Shown here: positions 54,391 to 62,883 of the stretch, piece after piece
Position numbering within the stretch: position 1 is the first letter of the stretch
Layout: every line of letters begins with the position of its first letter
NCBI GenBank assembly: GCA_964569815.1
Contig: CAZMUN010000002.1
Span: 2,701-66,700 of the forward strand
Length of the DNA stretch: 64,000 bases
Reading direction: 5' to 3'
Origin: an uncultured archaeon
GTDB lineage: Archaea; Iainarchaeota; Iainarchaeia; Iainarchaeales; GCA-2688035
The notes under the pieces: generated by a model
Database searches by the model: none
What the model was told of the DNA's origin: nothing
The model's input: the letters and a program-made list of their open reading frames with translations, nothing else
Made by a program: the position numbers and the translations under genes

Positions 54391-55556
54391 GGCAAATTTA
54401 CTTAGACCATGCAGCAACTGCCCCGACAGACGAAAGGGTTTTGAAGGAAATGGTGCCCTGGTTTCTGGAAAAATACGGCAATGCAAGCAGCCTTCATTCT
54501 TTTGGGTTAGAAGCCAGAGAAGCCGTTGAAAAGGCAAGGGAAAGCATTGCAAAGGCGATTAATGCAAAGCCTGAAGAGATATGCTTTACCAGCGGCGGAA
54601 CAGAATCAGACAACATTGCAGTCAAAGGAATAGCTTTTGGAAACCGAAAAAAAGGAAAGCATTTGATTACAAGCAAAATAGAGCACCACGCAGTTGAAGA
54701 AACCTTCAGGTTTTTGGAAAGCGACGGCTTTGAAGCAAGCTATTTGGATGCCGACAGCCAAGGATTTATTTCATTGCAGGCTCTGGAGAACGCAATAAAT
54801 GAAAAAACCACTTTGGTAAGCGTAATGCATGCAAACAACGAAATAGGCACTATTCAAGACATTTCAAGTATTGGAAAAATTTGCTCAGAAAAAGGAGTTT
54901 GTTTCCATTCAGACGCAGTGCAAAGCGTTGGAAAGGAAAAAATAGACGTAAAAAAAATGAATATCGGGCTTTTGTCAAGCAGCGCCCACAAGTTTTATGG
55001 CCCAAAGGGAGCTGGGTTTCTTTTTGCAAAAGAGGGAACCAAAATGGCTAAAACTGTTCATGGCGGGAACCACGAGCACGGCCTAAGGTCTGGAACCGAA
55101 AACGTTCCAGGAATTGTAGGAATGGCAAAGGCACTTGAGATAGCTGAATCAACTAGGGAAAAAGAATCCCGAAGGGAAAGGCTTTTGGCAAAAAAGATGT
55201 TGAAAGGCGCTTTGAAAATTGAAAACAGTTGGCTTAACGGCCCAAAAATTGGCAACAAAAGGCTCAGCAACAACGTAAACTTAGGCTTTGATTTTGTGGA
55301 AGGCGAGTCAATGGTCTTAATGCTGTCAGACAAGGGAATCGCCTGCAGCACAGGCTCTGCTTGCAGCACAAAAAGCCTGAAGCCAAGCCATGTCCTTACA
55401 GCAATCGGCCTGCCGCGCGTGAAATGCCACGGCTCTATAAGGTTTAGCCTGGGAAAAGGCAATGGAGAAAAAGACATAAACCATGTTTTGGAAAACCTTT
55501 CCAAGGTGGTTGAAAGGCTTCGGGAAATAAGCCCCTTAAAGCAAGGAGGAAAATGA
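54387..55556 (+). CDS. iscS: Cysteine desulfurase (IscS/NifS, class V aminotransferase)
   Basis: IYLDHAATAP, SGGTESDN, SSSAHKFYGPKG (PLP Lys), SxGSAC active-site Cys region. Confidence 0.85.
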   Translation: MRQIYLDHAATAPTDERVLKEMVPWFLEKYGNASSLHSFGLEAREAVEKARESIAKAINAKPEEICFTSGGTESDNIAVKGIAFGNRKKGKHLITSKIEHHAVEETFRFLESDGFEASYLDADSQGFISLQALENAINEKTTLVSVMHANNEIGTIQDISSIGKICSEKGVCFHSDAVQSVGKEKIDVKKMNIGLLSSSAHKFYGPKGAGFLFAKEGTKMAKTVHGGNHEHGLRSGTENVPGIVGMAKALEIAESTREKESRRERLLAKKMLKGALKIENSWLNGPKIGNKRLSNNVNLGFDFVEGESMVLMLSDKGIACSTGSACSTKSLKPSHVLTAIGLPRVKCHGSIRFSLGKGNGEKDINHVLENLSKVVERLREISPLKQGGK

Positions 55557-55557
55557 A

Positions 55558-55947
55558 ATGTATTCGGATAAGGTGATGGAAGAATTCAGAGAGCCGCACA
55601 ACATCGGAGAAATGGAAAAACCAGATGGTTTGGGCAAAGTAGGAAATCCAATGTGCGGTGACCTTATGTGGGTTTACATAAGGGTTGGAAAAAACAGAAA
55701 GGGCCAGGAAGTTATAGAAGACATAAAGGTCAAGACATTTGGATGCGTTGCAGCAATTGCCACCTCAAGCAAGCTCACCGAACTTGTTAAAGGCAAAACC
55801 CTGGAAGACGCGCTTAAAATAGACAAGCAAAAGATTGCAGATTCCTTGGATGGGCTGCCGCCCCAAAAAATGCACTGTTCAGTGCTTTCAATGGACGGGT
55901 TGAGGAAAGCTGTTGAAGACTATAGGAATAAAAAGGAAAAGCATTGA
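55558..55947 (+). CDS. iscU: Fe-S cluster assembly scaffold IscU/NifU-like
   Basis: GNPMCGDLMWVYIRV...FGCVAAIATSS...HCSVLSMDGL, the three IscU Cys. Confidence 0.85.
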   Translation: MYSDKVMEEFREPHNIGEMEKPDGLGKVGNPMCGDLMWVYIRVGKNRKGQEVIEDIKVKTFGCVAAIATSSKLTELVKGKTLEDALKIDKQKIADSLDGLPPQKMHCSVLSMDGLRKAVEDYRNKKEKH

Positions 55948-55970
55948 ATATTGTAAAGAGGCCGACTTTT

Positions 55971-56312
55971 ATGGGAATAAAGCAGGCAATTGTGGTAAGA
56001 ACCGACCTAAAAATGTCACGCGGAAAAATTGCGGCACAGGCCGCCCACGGGTCTGTTGCAGCATTGTCAAAAAGCACGGCGTCCGCCTACAGCGCATGGG
56101 TTTCAACCGGAATGAAAAAAGTCGTTTTAAGAATAAAAGGAAAAAAAGAGCTTCTTGACTTGTACAAAGAAGCCAAAAAAAAGTTTCCCACAGCAATCGT
56201 AAAAGACGCAGGCCAGACTCAGGTTAAGTCAGGGACAATAACCTGTCTTGCAATAGGACCGGCAGACGATGCAGACATGGACAGGCTTACTGGAAAGCTA
56301 AGGCTTCTCTAA
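55971..56312 (+). CDS. pth2: Peptidyl-tRNA hydrolase, archaeal type (Pth2)
   Basis: KQAIVVRTDLKMSRGKIAAQAAHGS...GTITCLAIGP. Start at internal ATG 55971. The track ORF begins at 55944. Confidence 0.75.
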   Translation: MGIKQAIVVRTDLKMSRGKIAAQAAHGSVAALSKSTASAYSAWVSTGMKKVVLRIKGKKELLDLYKEAKKKFPTAIVKDAGQTQVKSGTITCLAIGPADDADMDRLTGKLRLL

Positions 56313-56941
56313 CCAGTGAATTCGTCCACTTCAACGCCCGGGTTCTCAAAATCAACAATCCAAACGCAGTTCTCCCTGCCGGCCTGGTCAGAAATGGCAT
56401 AGCATATGTCATAATCCAGTAGCTCGCGGGCCACTTCTGCATGGCACCTGTATTTTTGGCTTATGTTTTCCGAAAAGTATTCGTTGCAGATTGCAAGCTT
56501 GTCGTTTTTGAACTGGGCATCGTAGGGGGATATGCAGGCATAGTAGCCTGGATTGTCATCAGAATATGTTTCTTCACACTCACCCAGCTTTTCTTGAATA
56601 TCCAAAGAAACAAAGTCGCGGGCAATCGACCTAATGCAGATTATTCTGTCAGGCCCATATTCAATGTTAAGGCACCTTTCAGGGTCCTGGTAATCAAAAG
56701 CTTCAAAACGCCAGCATAGGTCCCTTTTGTAGGAAGTTTCCTGCTGCCCACAAGGCTGCAAAATGCTCCCCTCTTCCACAGGCGCTGGATCGGCATCAAC
56801 ATACCAGCTTTCCTCAAGGTCTTCCTCACCCAATTCATAGTCCTCAGCTGGCTGGGCCTCCTGCTGCTGGTATAAAACAAAAACAAGGCCGCACGCCACA
56901 GCAACAGCCAAAACCCCGTAAACGATATTTTTTTGCTCCAT
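56309..56941 (-). CDS. Secreted acidic cysteine-rich protein (about 13 Cys), unknown function
   Basis: N-terminal signal/TM segment, then a D/E-rich region. Multiple Cys in the C-terminal 150 aa. Confidence 0.4.
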   Translation of the reverse strand: MEQKNIVYGVLAVAVACGLVFVLYQQQEAQPAEDYELGEEDLEESWYVDADPAPVEEGSILQPCGQQETSYKRDLCWRFEAFDYQDPERCLNIEYGPDRIICIRSIARDFVSLDIQEKLGECEETYSDDNPGYYACISPYDAQFKNDKLAICNEYFSENISQKYRCHAEVARELLDYDICYAISDQAGRENCVWIVDFENPGVEVDEFTG

Positions 56942-57041
56942 GCAAATTTATTATGTCTTAAACCCTATTTAAGCTTTTTTAAGAACAGAAAAAACGGAAA
57001 GGGTATACTTTTATTAACTGAAAAGCAGTAATAGTTTCTCA

Positions 57042-57719
57042 GTGACTAAAATGCCACAAAAGCCGAATGCAAGCAATGCAAGCATTATATCAATAATCAG
57101 AGAAATGGTCCGAGCAGGCGAACCAGAAGAAAACATAATAAAGTCATTGAAAGAGCTGGGCATAAAAGAAAAAGACGCAAAAAAACTGCTTTTGATCGGC
57201 GAAGCCGACACCTTTTCGCTCCTCCAAAACGAAATAAACAAAATGGTAAAAGAGTACTTTGAAAAGGAAAAGCCAGAACTAAAAAAATACATAAAAGAAG
57301 AAACCGAAAAAGCCGAAAAGGAAATGGTTGAAAAAGTGGAAAAGCGCGCATTGAACGCCTTCAAAGAAGACCAGCGCTTTATTGAAAACCAGGCAACCAT
57401 GTTCCAGTCAAGAATAAACCAAAGCGTGAAAAACATCCTGCAACTGAACCAGGAAATAAAAAGAAATATAGCAGAGCTTGCAAGCCGTGTCTCAAACAAC
57501 GAAAGAGAAGTCTGGTCCATGAAAGACCTTATTTTTGGAAGCCGCGGCGTAAGATACATAAGCTACGGGCTTGTTTCCCTGGAATTGGGACTAGTTGGGG
57601 CAACAGCCTACCTTTTTTACACAAACGCCCAAGGCCTGAATCTTGGAACAATGGTTTCAGTGGCAGCAATTGGAGCCACGCTTGCCACCATTGTCATGAT
57701 AATAAGGCTAAAAGTATAG
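57042..57719 (+). CDS. Coiled-coil protein with C-terminal TM anchor, unknown function
   Basis: K/E-rich heptad-like central region. Two C-terminal hydrophobic helices. Confidence 0.35.
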   Translation: MTKMPQKPNASNASIISIIREMVRAGEPEENIIKSLKELGIKEKDAKKLLLIGEADTFSLLQNEINKMVKEYFEKEKPELKKYIKEETEKAEKEMVEKVEKRALNAFKEDQRFIENQATMFQSRINQSVKNILQLNQEIKRNIAELASRVSNNEREVWSMKDLIFGSRGVRYISYGLVSLELGLVGATAYLFYTNAQGLNLGTMVSVAAIGATLATIVMIIRLKV

Positions 57720-57905
57720 CCCCCCAAAAAAAATCAGATGCCTTTATCGTTATGCCGCTTGTAAGCGGAAAGGGCTTCAAGAGCATCCTTTAACAAAACC
57801 TTGTTCCTAATGCCCTTTTCATCCCTAAGCCTTAGCTTAAGGTCATGGATAACGTCATCCAAAATAAGCCTCATATAAAGAAATGGCTTGAAAAGCTTTA
57901 AAAAT

Positions 57906-58304
57906 TCAACCAATGGATTGGCAGATTACTTCATCCAAGCCCTTTCCCACTGCCTGAGCCTGCTTTAGGCTAAGCGTAAAAAACTTGCCTGTTTTATTCA
58001 TCTGCGCGGGCTTAAAGAAAAGCCAGCCTTTTCTTGGAATCTTCCACCCAACCCACGCCTCAGAACCAGCCTTTTTAGCCCAATCCAAGAGCTCGCCAAT
58101 CTGAACAAGGGCAATGGCAAGGTTTTTGGCTTTTCTGGCCTTGCATTCCACCGCAATTATCCGGCCCGCCTTTAAAGCAATTACGTCAGGAGCAGGCAAA
58201 GGGCTTGTGCCAGAGCCAGCAATCCTTACAACGGAAAAGCCGGCCTGGAAAAAAAGATGCATTAGCTCACGTTCAGCGTTTGCTCCCTTGCTATGGTAAG
58301 GCAT
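57906..58304 (-). CDS. hjc: Holliday junction resolvase Hjc
   Basis: KGANAERELMHLFFQAGFSVVRIAGSGTS...PDVIALKAGRIIAVECKARK matches Hjc block for block. Start at internal ATG (MPYHSKG). Confidence 0.8.
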   Translation of the reverse strand: MPYHSKGANAERELMHLFFQAGFSVVRIAGSGTSPLPAPDVIALKAGRIIAVECKARKAKNLAIALVQIGELLDWAKKAGSEAWVGWKIPRKGWLFFKPAQMNKTGKFFTLSLKQAQAVGKGLDEVICQSIG

Positions 58305-58509
58305 ACGGGTAAAAAGAGCAAAAGAGCATAAAAACAAATACGGGAAAAAAAGGGGTTCTTTTATATTCTTTTCCTCTACATAATTATTTTAGTGGAATCA
58401 GGCAATTGATAGGTTGCCTTTTTTTAGGGAATTAAAAAAATTAAGAATTTATCAAAATTAATTGCAATCATTTTTGGTTAGAAAGCGTTTAATTTTTTTG
58501 TTGCTTTTG

Positions 58510-58818
58510 ATGGTTGTAAAAGTTGGAAAAAATTTGAAGGAAAACCGGCAAGGCACTTTTTTGCCCGTGCAGGTTGTTCCAAGAGGCAAGGAATTTGCCT
58601 TAATTGGTTTTGATGAATGGACAGGCAGCCTCAAAGTAAGGTTGTCTAAACCAAAAGAAAAAGGAAAGGCCAACAAGGAATTGTTGCAAAAACTGCGCGG
58701 TTTTTTCGGCGCAGAAGTTGAGATTACAAAAGGAAAAAAAGCCCAGCAAAAAATTCTGCTGGTTCACGCGGAAAAAACACGCGTTGAAAAAAGCCTTTCC
58801 GCCCTATTAAAGGCCTGA
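58510..58818 (+). CDS. DUF167/YggU (UPF0235) family small protein
   Basis: VRLSKPKEKGKANKELLQKLRGFFGAEVEITKGKKAQQKILLV matches the DUF167 pattern. ATG at 58510; the track begins at a TTG at 58462. Confidence 0.5.
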   Translation: MVVKVGKNLKENRQGTFLPVQVVPRGKEFALIGFDEWTGSLKVRLSKPKEKGKANKELLQKLRGFFGAEVEITKGKKAQQKILLVHAEKTRVEKSLSALLKA

Positions 58819-58859
58819 ACCTGATTCTACGCCAAAAAAAAAGAAAGGTGATTTAGGAA

Positions 58860-60125
58860 ATGGCAAAAACCTATTTAAGCACTGTAAAGTATGTAATAAA
58901 AACAAACTTTACAATAGACGGAATAGTTGACAAGCACGACATAATTGGAGCGATTTTTGGGCAAAGCGAAGGCCTAATTGGAGAGGAAATGGACCTCAAA
59001 GAGCTTCAAAAAAACGGAAAGCTTGGCAGGATTGAAGTGGAAACCAAAACCAAAAGCGGAAAAACCGTTGGAACAGTGACTGTTCCAAGCAGTCTGGACC
59101 GCGTTCAAACAAGCATTCTTGCAGCAGCAATAGAATCAGTTGACAAAGTCGGCCCCTGCACAAGCAAATTTGAAACCCAAGGCATTGAAGACGCCAGGCA
59201 GGAGAAAAGAAAAGCAGTAACAGACCGCGCCAAAGAGCTTCTGCAAAAAATGGGGGTTGAAATGCCCGAAACCCAGGAATTGACAGAACAAATAAGAGGC
59301 GATTTAAGGACAGCGGGAATCAAGGAAATTGGGCAAGAAAAGATAGCCATAGGACCGGAAGTGGATTCCAGCGACGAACTGATACTGGTTGAAGGAAGAG
59401 CCGACGTTTTGAACCTAGTAAGGCATGGAATAAAAAACGTTGCCTGTGTAGGCGGGGCAAAAACCTCCAAGACAGTGGAAAACCTGGCAAGAGGAAAAAA
59501 GGTTACCTTGTTTGTCGACGGCGACCGCGGAGGAGACCTGATTGCAAGGCAGTTGGGAAAGTTCCTGAAAGTGGATTCAACTGCAAGGGCTCCAGACGGA
59601 AAAGAAGTTGAAGAACTCACCCTAAAAGAGATTTTGAGCAGCCTGAGAAAAAAAGGCGAAGCAGAAGACAGGGGAAGCAGAAGCCAGCCATACTCTGATT
59701 CAAGGAGCTACCGCCCCAGAAACGATTACAGAAAAAGAGACAACTATAAAAGAGGGCGAAGGCCACCAAAAAAAGACTATGGGCGAAGCCGAGGGCCACC
59801 CAGAAGGGAACAAAGATACGAAAGGCCCCCAATGCCAATAAAGCCCAACGACTTAGGCGAATACAGCCAGCATATGAAAGACCTTGAAGGAAGCCTCAAA
59901 GCAAAGATTCTTGGCAAGGACAAAAAAGTCTTGAAAGAAGTGGATGTCCGCGACCTGCTTAAAGAGATGGGAAAAACCAAGAACGCGGAAGCCATAGTTC
60001 TCGACGGCATAATAACAAAAAGGCTTTTGGACGAAGCCGAAAAAAACAGCGTCAAAGAGCTTGTAGGCGTAAAAAAAGGAAAAATAGAGGAAACAGGCAA
60101 AGTAAAGGTTTCAAGCCTTTACTAA
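58860..60125 (+). CDS. dnaG: Archaeal DnaG-type primase (Toprim) with an inserted Arg/Tyr/Pro-rich low-complexity segment
   Basis: Toprim ELILVEGRADVLNLVRHGIKNVACVGG...LFVDGDRGGDLIARQL. Residues about 265-326 are RGSRSQPYSDSRSYRPRNDYRKRDNYKRGRRPPKKDYGRSRGPPRREQRYERPP. Confidence 0.8.
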   Translation: MAKTYLSTVKYVIKTNFTIDGIVDKHDIIGAIFGQSEGLIGEEMDLKELQKNGKLGRIEVETKTKSGKTVGTVTVPSSLDRVQTSILAAAIESVDKVGPCTSKFETQGIEDARQEKRKAVTDRAKELLQKMGVEMPETQELTEQIRGDLRTAGIKEIGQEKIAIGPEVDSSDELILVEGRADVLNLVRHGIKNVACVGGAKTSKTVENLARGKKVTLFVDGDRGGDLIARQLGKFLKVDSTARAPDGKEVEELTLKEILSSLRKKGEAEDRGSRSQPYSDSRSYRPRNDYRKRDNYKRGRRPPKKDYGRSRGPPRREQRYERPPMPIKPNDLGEYSQHMKDLEGSLKAKILGKDKKVLKEVDVRDLLKEMGKTKNAEAIVLDGIITKRLLDEAEKNSVKELVGVKKGKIEETGKVKVSSLY

Positions 60126-60550
60126 CGCTTTTTCTTCTTTCCTTTTTGTTTTTCTTCTTCAGCAGCCACTGGCCTTGGCATGCGAACTATTCTGGTGTTG
60201 TAAAGGAAAAGGCCTAAAACAAAGGCCGCAGCCCAAAACAAAAGCTCTCCAACAGGCCTAAGCAAAGTAACCAAAAACTGCCTAGAGGTAATGCCAGGCT
60301 GGTCTGAACGAAGCTGCAAACCAGAAATCCTGTACAAGGAATCCTTGCAGTCGCTGTACTGCAGCATTGCAACGCTTTCATTGCCCCAGCCAATGCTTGC
60401 AACACACTTTGGGTATTTCTTCATCGCATCCCAAGAATCAAACATATTGCCTGCGGCAACAACAAACATCACAATAGCCAAAACGATTATGAACGAGCCA
60501 AGCACCCTTGGCAAAAAAAGCCTGCTTTTTCCAAAATAAAAGAACGCCAT
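60122..60550 (-). CDS. Small membrane protein, unknown
   Basis: Two TM helices. Basic C-terminus EEEKQKGKKKKR. Confidence 0.35.
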   Translation of the reverse strand: MAFFYFGKSRLFLPRVLGSFIIVLAIVMFVVAAGNMFDSWDAMKKYPKCVASIGWGNESVAMLQYSDCKDSLYRISGLQLRSDQPGITSRQFLVTLLRPVGELLFWAAAFVLGLFLYNTRIVRMPRPVAAEEEKQKGKKKKR

Positions 60551-60617
60551 GATTTCACCAGCAACAAATAGTGTTTAAGGGTATTTAAAGCTTGCTGAAG
60601 CCCAAAAACCAGCCTAA

Positions 60618-61613
60618 TTATTCTCCAACCGCAATAAAAGAAAAAGCCCTTTCATAGCTTGTGGCTCCGTTGTATGCCCTTGGCTCAAACCTGAAGCCGT
60701 TTGCAGTTACATTCCTTAAATTTACCTCCCTCGGGGCTTTTGTGGTGGCAATTGTGTCATCAGTAACGGTTGCAACAACAGTCGGAGGAGAAGAAAAAGG
60801 CGTATCAAAAGTTACATCACAGTAGTCAGGATTGGTTAGGGTGTAAACAGCTGAAAAGCCGGTGCCCTTTACAACATTTCCCACATTGTCCACCGTCCCA
60901 AATACAGCTCTTGAAAAGCCTGTTGAGGCATCAGCACACGTCCAAGAACCAGACGAAAATTTAAGAGTTTGGCCCTCTAAACAGGCAGGCAGCCCAGAAC
61001 CAGTTGTTTCACCAAGCGCAGGAATAAAGCAGCGGTAAGGCCTTTGCTCTTGTTCACCTGCATCGGCTACTGCAGCCAAATCCCAGTTTCCTCCGCCAAT
61101 ATGGTCATACTTTATGCCAAAACAGTAATTGTCCCAATCTCCGCCGTCAAGGCCGCCGTCCAAAAAATGCTGTGTCGTAATGGCAGTGATATCAAGGCCA
61201 AGGCTGTACTTCATTCCAGTGTAAGCCTCGTTAAAGCTTGGAAGCCGGCCGCCATAACTATTAAAGCAATCCATTACCGCAGCCCTGCATTCCTTTGCAG
61301 CCTGCGCCTGGTTTTGAATGCAGCCCAAAGAAACGCCACTGCTTGCAACCGCAGTAAAGCCAGTTGGGCAAGAAATCGGCCCAGGGAAAAGCCCTGCATT
61401 TATTGCATCCTGCAAAGCCATTTCCCCTTGCCCTGGAACATCAACCCATACAGTGTCGCCGCCATGCCCAGGATTAGGCAGCGGCTGGGAATAAGGGTAA
61501 GAGAAATGCAAAACCTGGCCGTTTGCAACCACAAAACCAACAGAACAGAAAAGCAAAACAAGAAATGCAAAAAACGCGGCCTGCTTTCCTGAAACAGACA
61601 AGGTGAGCTCCAT
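60618..61613 (-). CDS. Secreted cysteine-rich protein with conserved NPGH...MALQDAIN N-terminal motif and a possible H-type-lectin-like C-terminal domain
   Basis: Signal peptide. NPGHGGDTVWVDVPGQGEMALQDAIN. About 14 Cys. C-terminus VTFDTPFSSPPTVVATVTDDTIATTKAPREVNLRNVTANGFRFE. Confidence 0.5.
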   Translation of the reverse strand: MELTLSVSGKQAAFFAFLVLLFCSVGFVVANGQVLHFSYPYSQPLPNPGHGGDTVWVDVPGQGEMALQDAINAGLFPGPISCPTGFTAVASSGVSLGCIQNQAQAAKECRAAVMDCFNSYGGRLPSFNEAYTGMKYSLGLDITAITTQHFLDGGLDGGDWDNYCFGIKYDHIGGGNWDLAAVADAGEQEQRPYRCFIPALGETTGSGLPACLEGQTLKFSSGSWTCADASTGFSRAVFGTVDNVGNVVKGTGFSAVYTLTNPDYCDVTFDTPFSSPPTVVATVTDDTIATTKAPREVNLRNVTANGFRFEPRAYNGATSYERAFSFIAVGE

Positions 61614-61680
61614 CCAGACAATATAAAGAATATTGGCATTAAAATAGTTTTCTATGCAAAATTTTGCTATAGGGCTCGTG

Positions 61681-61752
61681 GTCTAGTGGTATGACATCAC
61701 CCTTACAAGGTGAGGGTCGCCGGTTCGATTCCGGCCGGGCCCAAGACAGCTT
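61681..61752 (+). tRNA. tRNA-Val (anticodon TAC)
   Basis: Hand-folded. Acceptor GGGCTCG/CGGGCCC (one G-U pair). Anticodon stem TCACC/GGTGA, loop CTTACAA. T-arm GCCGG-TTCGATT-CCGGC. No encoded CCA. Confidence 0.7.
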
Positions 61753-61850
61753 GAACGAATTTAAATCGACCAGAATAACGCTTTTTTCGCAAACCTTTTT
61801 TCAAAAAGCCCTTCGATTTGGTAAAGCCAGCTTCCCAAAAAAAAAGAGCC

Positions 61851-62606
61851 CTAGCTACAGCTTACAGTGTAGTAAACTGTGACAGGGTCAAACCTGTTAC
61901 CACGACCATTAATGCAGTCCTCGCTGTTCCTGTGAATAAGGCAGTAGTCCACTACCCAGTTTGAAGGATTTACCTTGAGGCTTTGGCCGTCAAAATTTGC
62001 CCAGTAACCATCCCCAACAATAAGGCCACGGCCAATATCGCCTATAGAAACCGAGTACTCGCATTCGGCCCTTGAAAAACCAGGCGGAACAGGAATTGAT
62101 TGAACAGAGCCGTCCAAAACAAGGCTGCCGGATACAATTTCCCCCGAACCTCGCTTGCAGCATTTTGCTTCATAAAGGCTATTATGAGTATCTATTTTGC
62201 AGCCGGTGCAAGTGTTGGTGCCCCCAGGAGGCTCACAGACAGCTATACAAACTTCGCCATGCGCCTGGCAAGTCAAGTCGCCTGTGTAAGTAGTGGAACC
62301 AGGAGTATAGCTGCCAAAAACCGTTCGGTAAGTGCAGACTGAAAACCCGTCTCCGCCAAAGCAGCCTAAGTCAACGGCTTCCTGCAAAGCCATATCACCT
62401 GAACAAACACCGATGCCAATGCCATCAAGATTTACCACAATCTCGGTTGAGCTATGACCCGGATTCGGAGTATTGGCTGGATTTGGGTCTGCCAACTGCA
62501 AAACAGAATCGGATTTTGCAATAGCAAAAGCAAGGCCAGAAAAAAGCAGGACCGCAAAAGCCAAAATTACAAAGTCTCGGCCTTGCAGTGAAGAAGTCTT
62601 CTTCAT
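61851..62606 (-). CDS. Secreted cysteine-rich protein, paralog of the 60618 gene (shared NPGH...MALQEAVD motif)
   Basis: Signal peptide. NPGHSSTEIVVNLDGIGIGVCSGDMALQEAVDLGC. About 18 Cys including CTGC and CC pairs. Confidence 0.5.
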   Translation of the reverse strand: MKKTSSLQGRDFVILAFAVLLFSGLAFAIAKSDSVLQLADPNPANTPNPGHSSTEIVVNLDGIGIGVCSGDMALQEAVDLGCFGGDGFSVCTYRTVFGSYTPGSTTYTGDLTCQAHGEVCIAVCEPPGGTNTCTGCKIDTHNSLYEAKCCKRGSGEIVSGSLVLDGSVQSIPVPPGFSRAECEYSVSIGDIGRGLIVGDGYWANFDGQSLKVNPSNWVVDYCLIHRNSEDCINGRGNRFDPVTVYYTVSCS

Positions 62607-62640
62607 ACCAAAATAAAATGTTTTTTAGGTTAAAAAAACT

Positions 62641-62883
62641 TTGTTTTTTCTAAAAACCTGGAAAAAACCATTAAATACTTCTTTTCCCTTTCGTTTTAGA
62701 ATGAAGCCAAAAGAAAGAAAAGTCACATTAGATGTTCTGGTTGAAGGGCCTGGCGGCGAACTCGTGTTCAGGCCGGTGAAAGCAAGCCCCCACAACCTAA
62801 AAGAAGTGATTGAAGCAAGCAAAAACCCTGTTCTCAAGCACAACGTTTTCAAGACAGGAACAGAGAAGAAGGTGAAGCTTTGA
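62641..62883 (+). CDS. Hypothetical small basic protein (60-80 aa)
   Basis: ORF only. Alternative internal start MKPKERKV... Confidence 0.25.
   Translation: MFFLKTWKKPLNTSFPFRFRMKPKERKVTLDVLVEGPGGELVFRPVKASPHNLKEVIEASKNPVLKHNVFKTGTEKKVKL

Noticed and set aside
60618-62606. Diversity-generating retroelement (DGR) target hypothesis for the Cys-rich secreted paralogs (C-terminal ...NGFRF... resembles DGR VR ends)
   Set aside because: No reverse transcriptase ORF (no YxDD protein) and no template-repeat copy of the C-terminal coding region were found anywhere in the window. The H-type-lectin-like interpretation is preferred.
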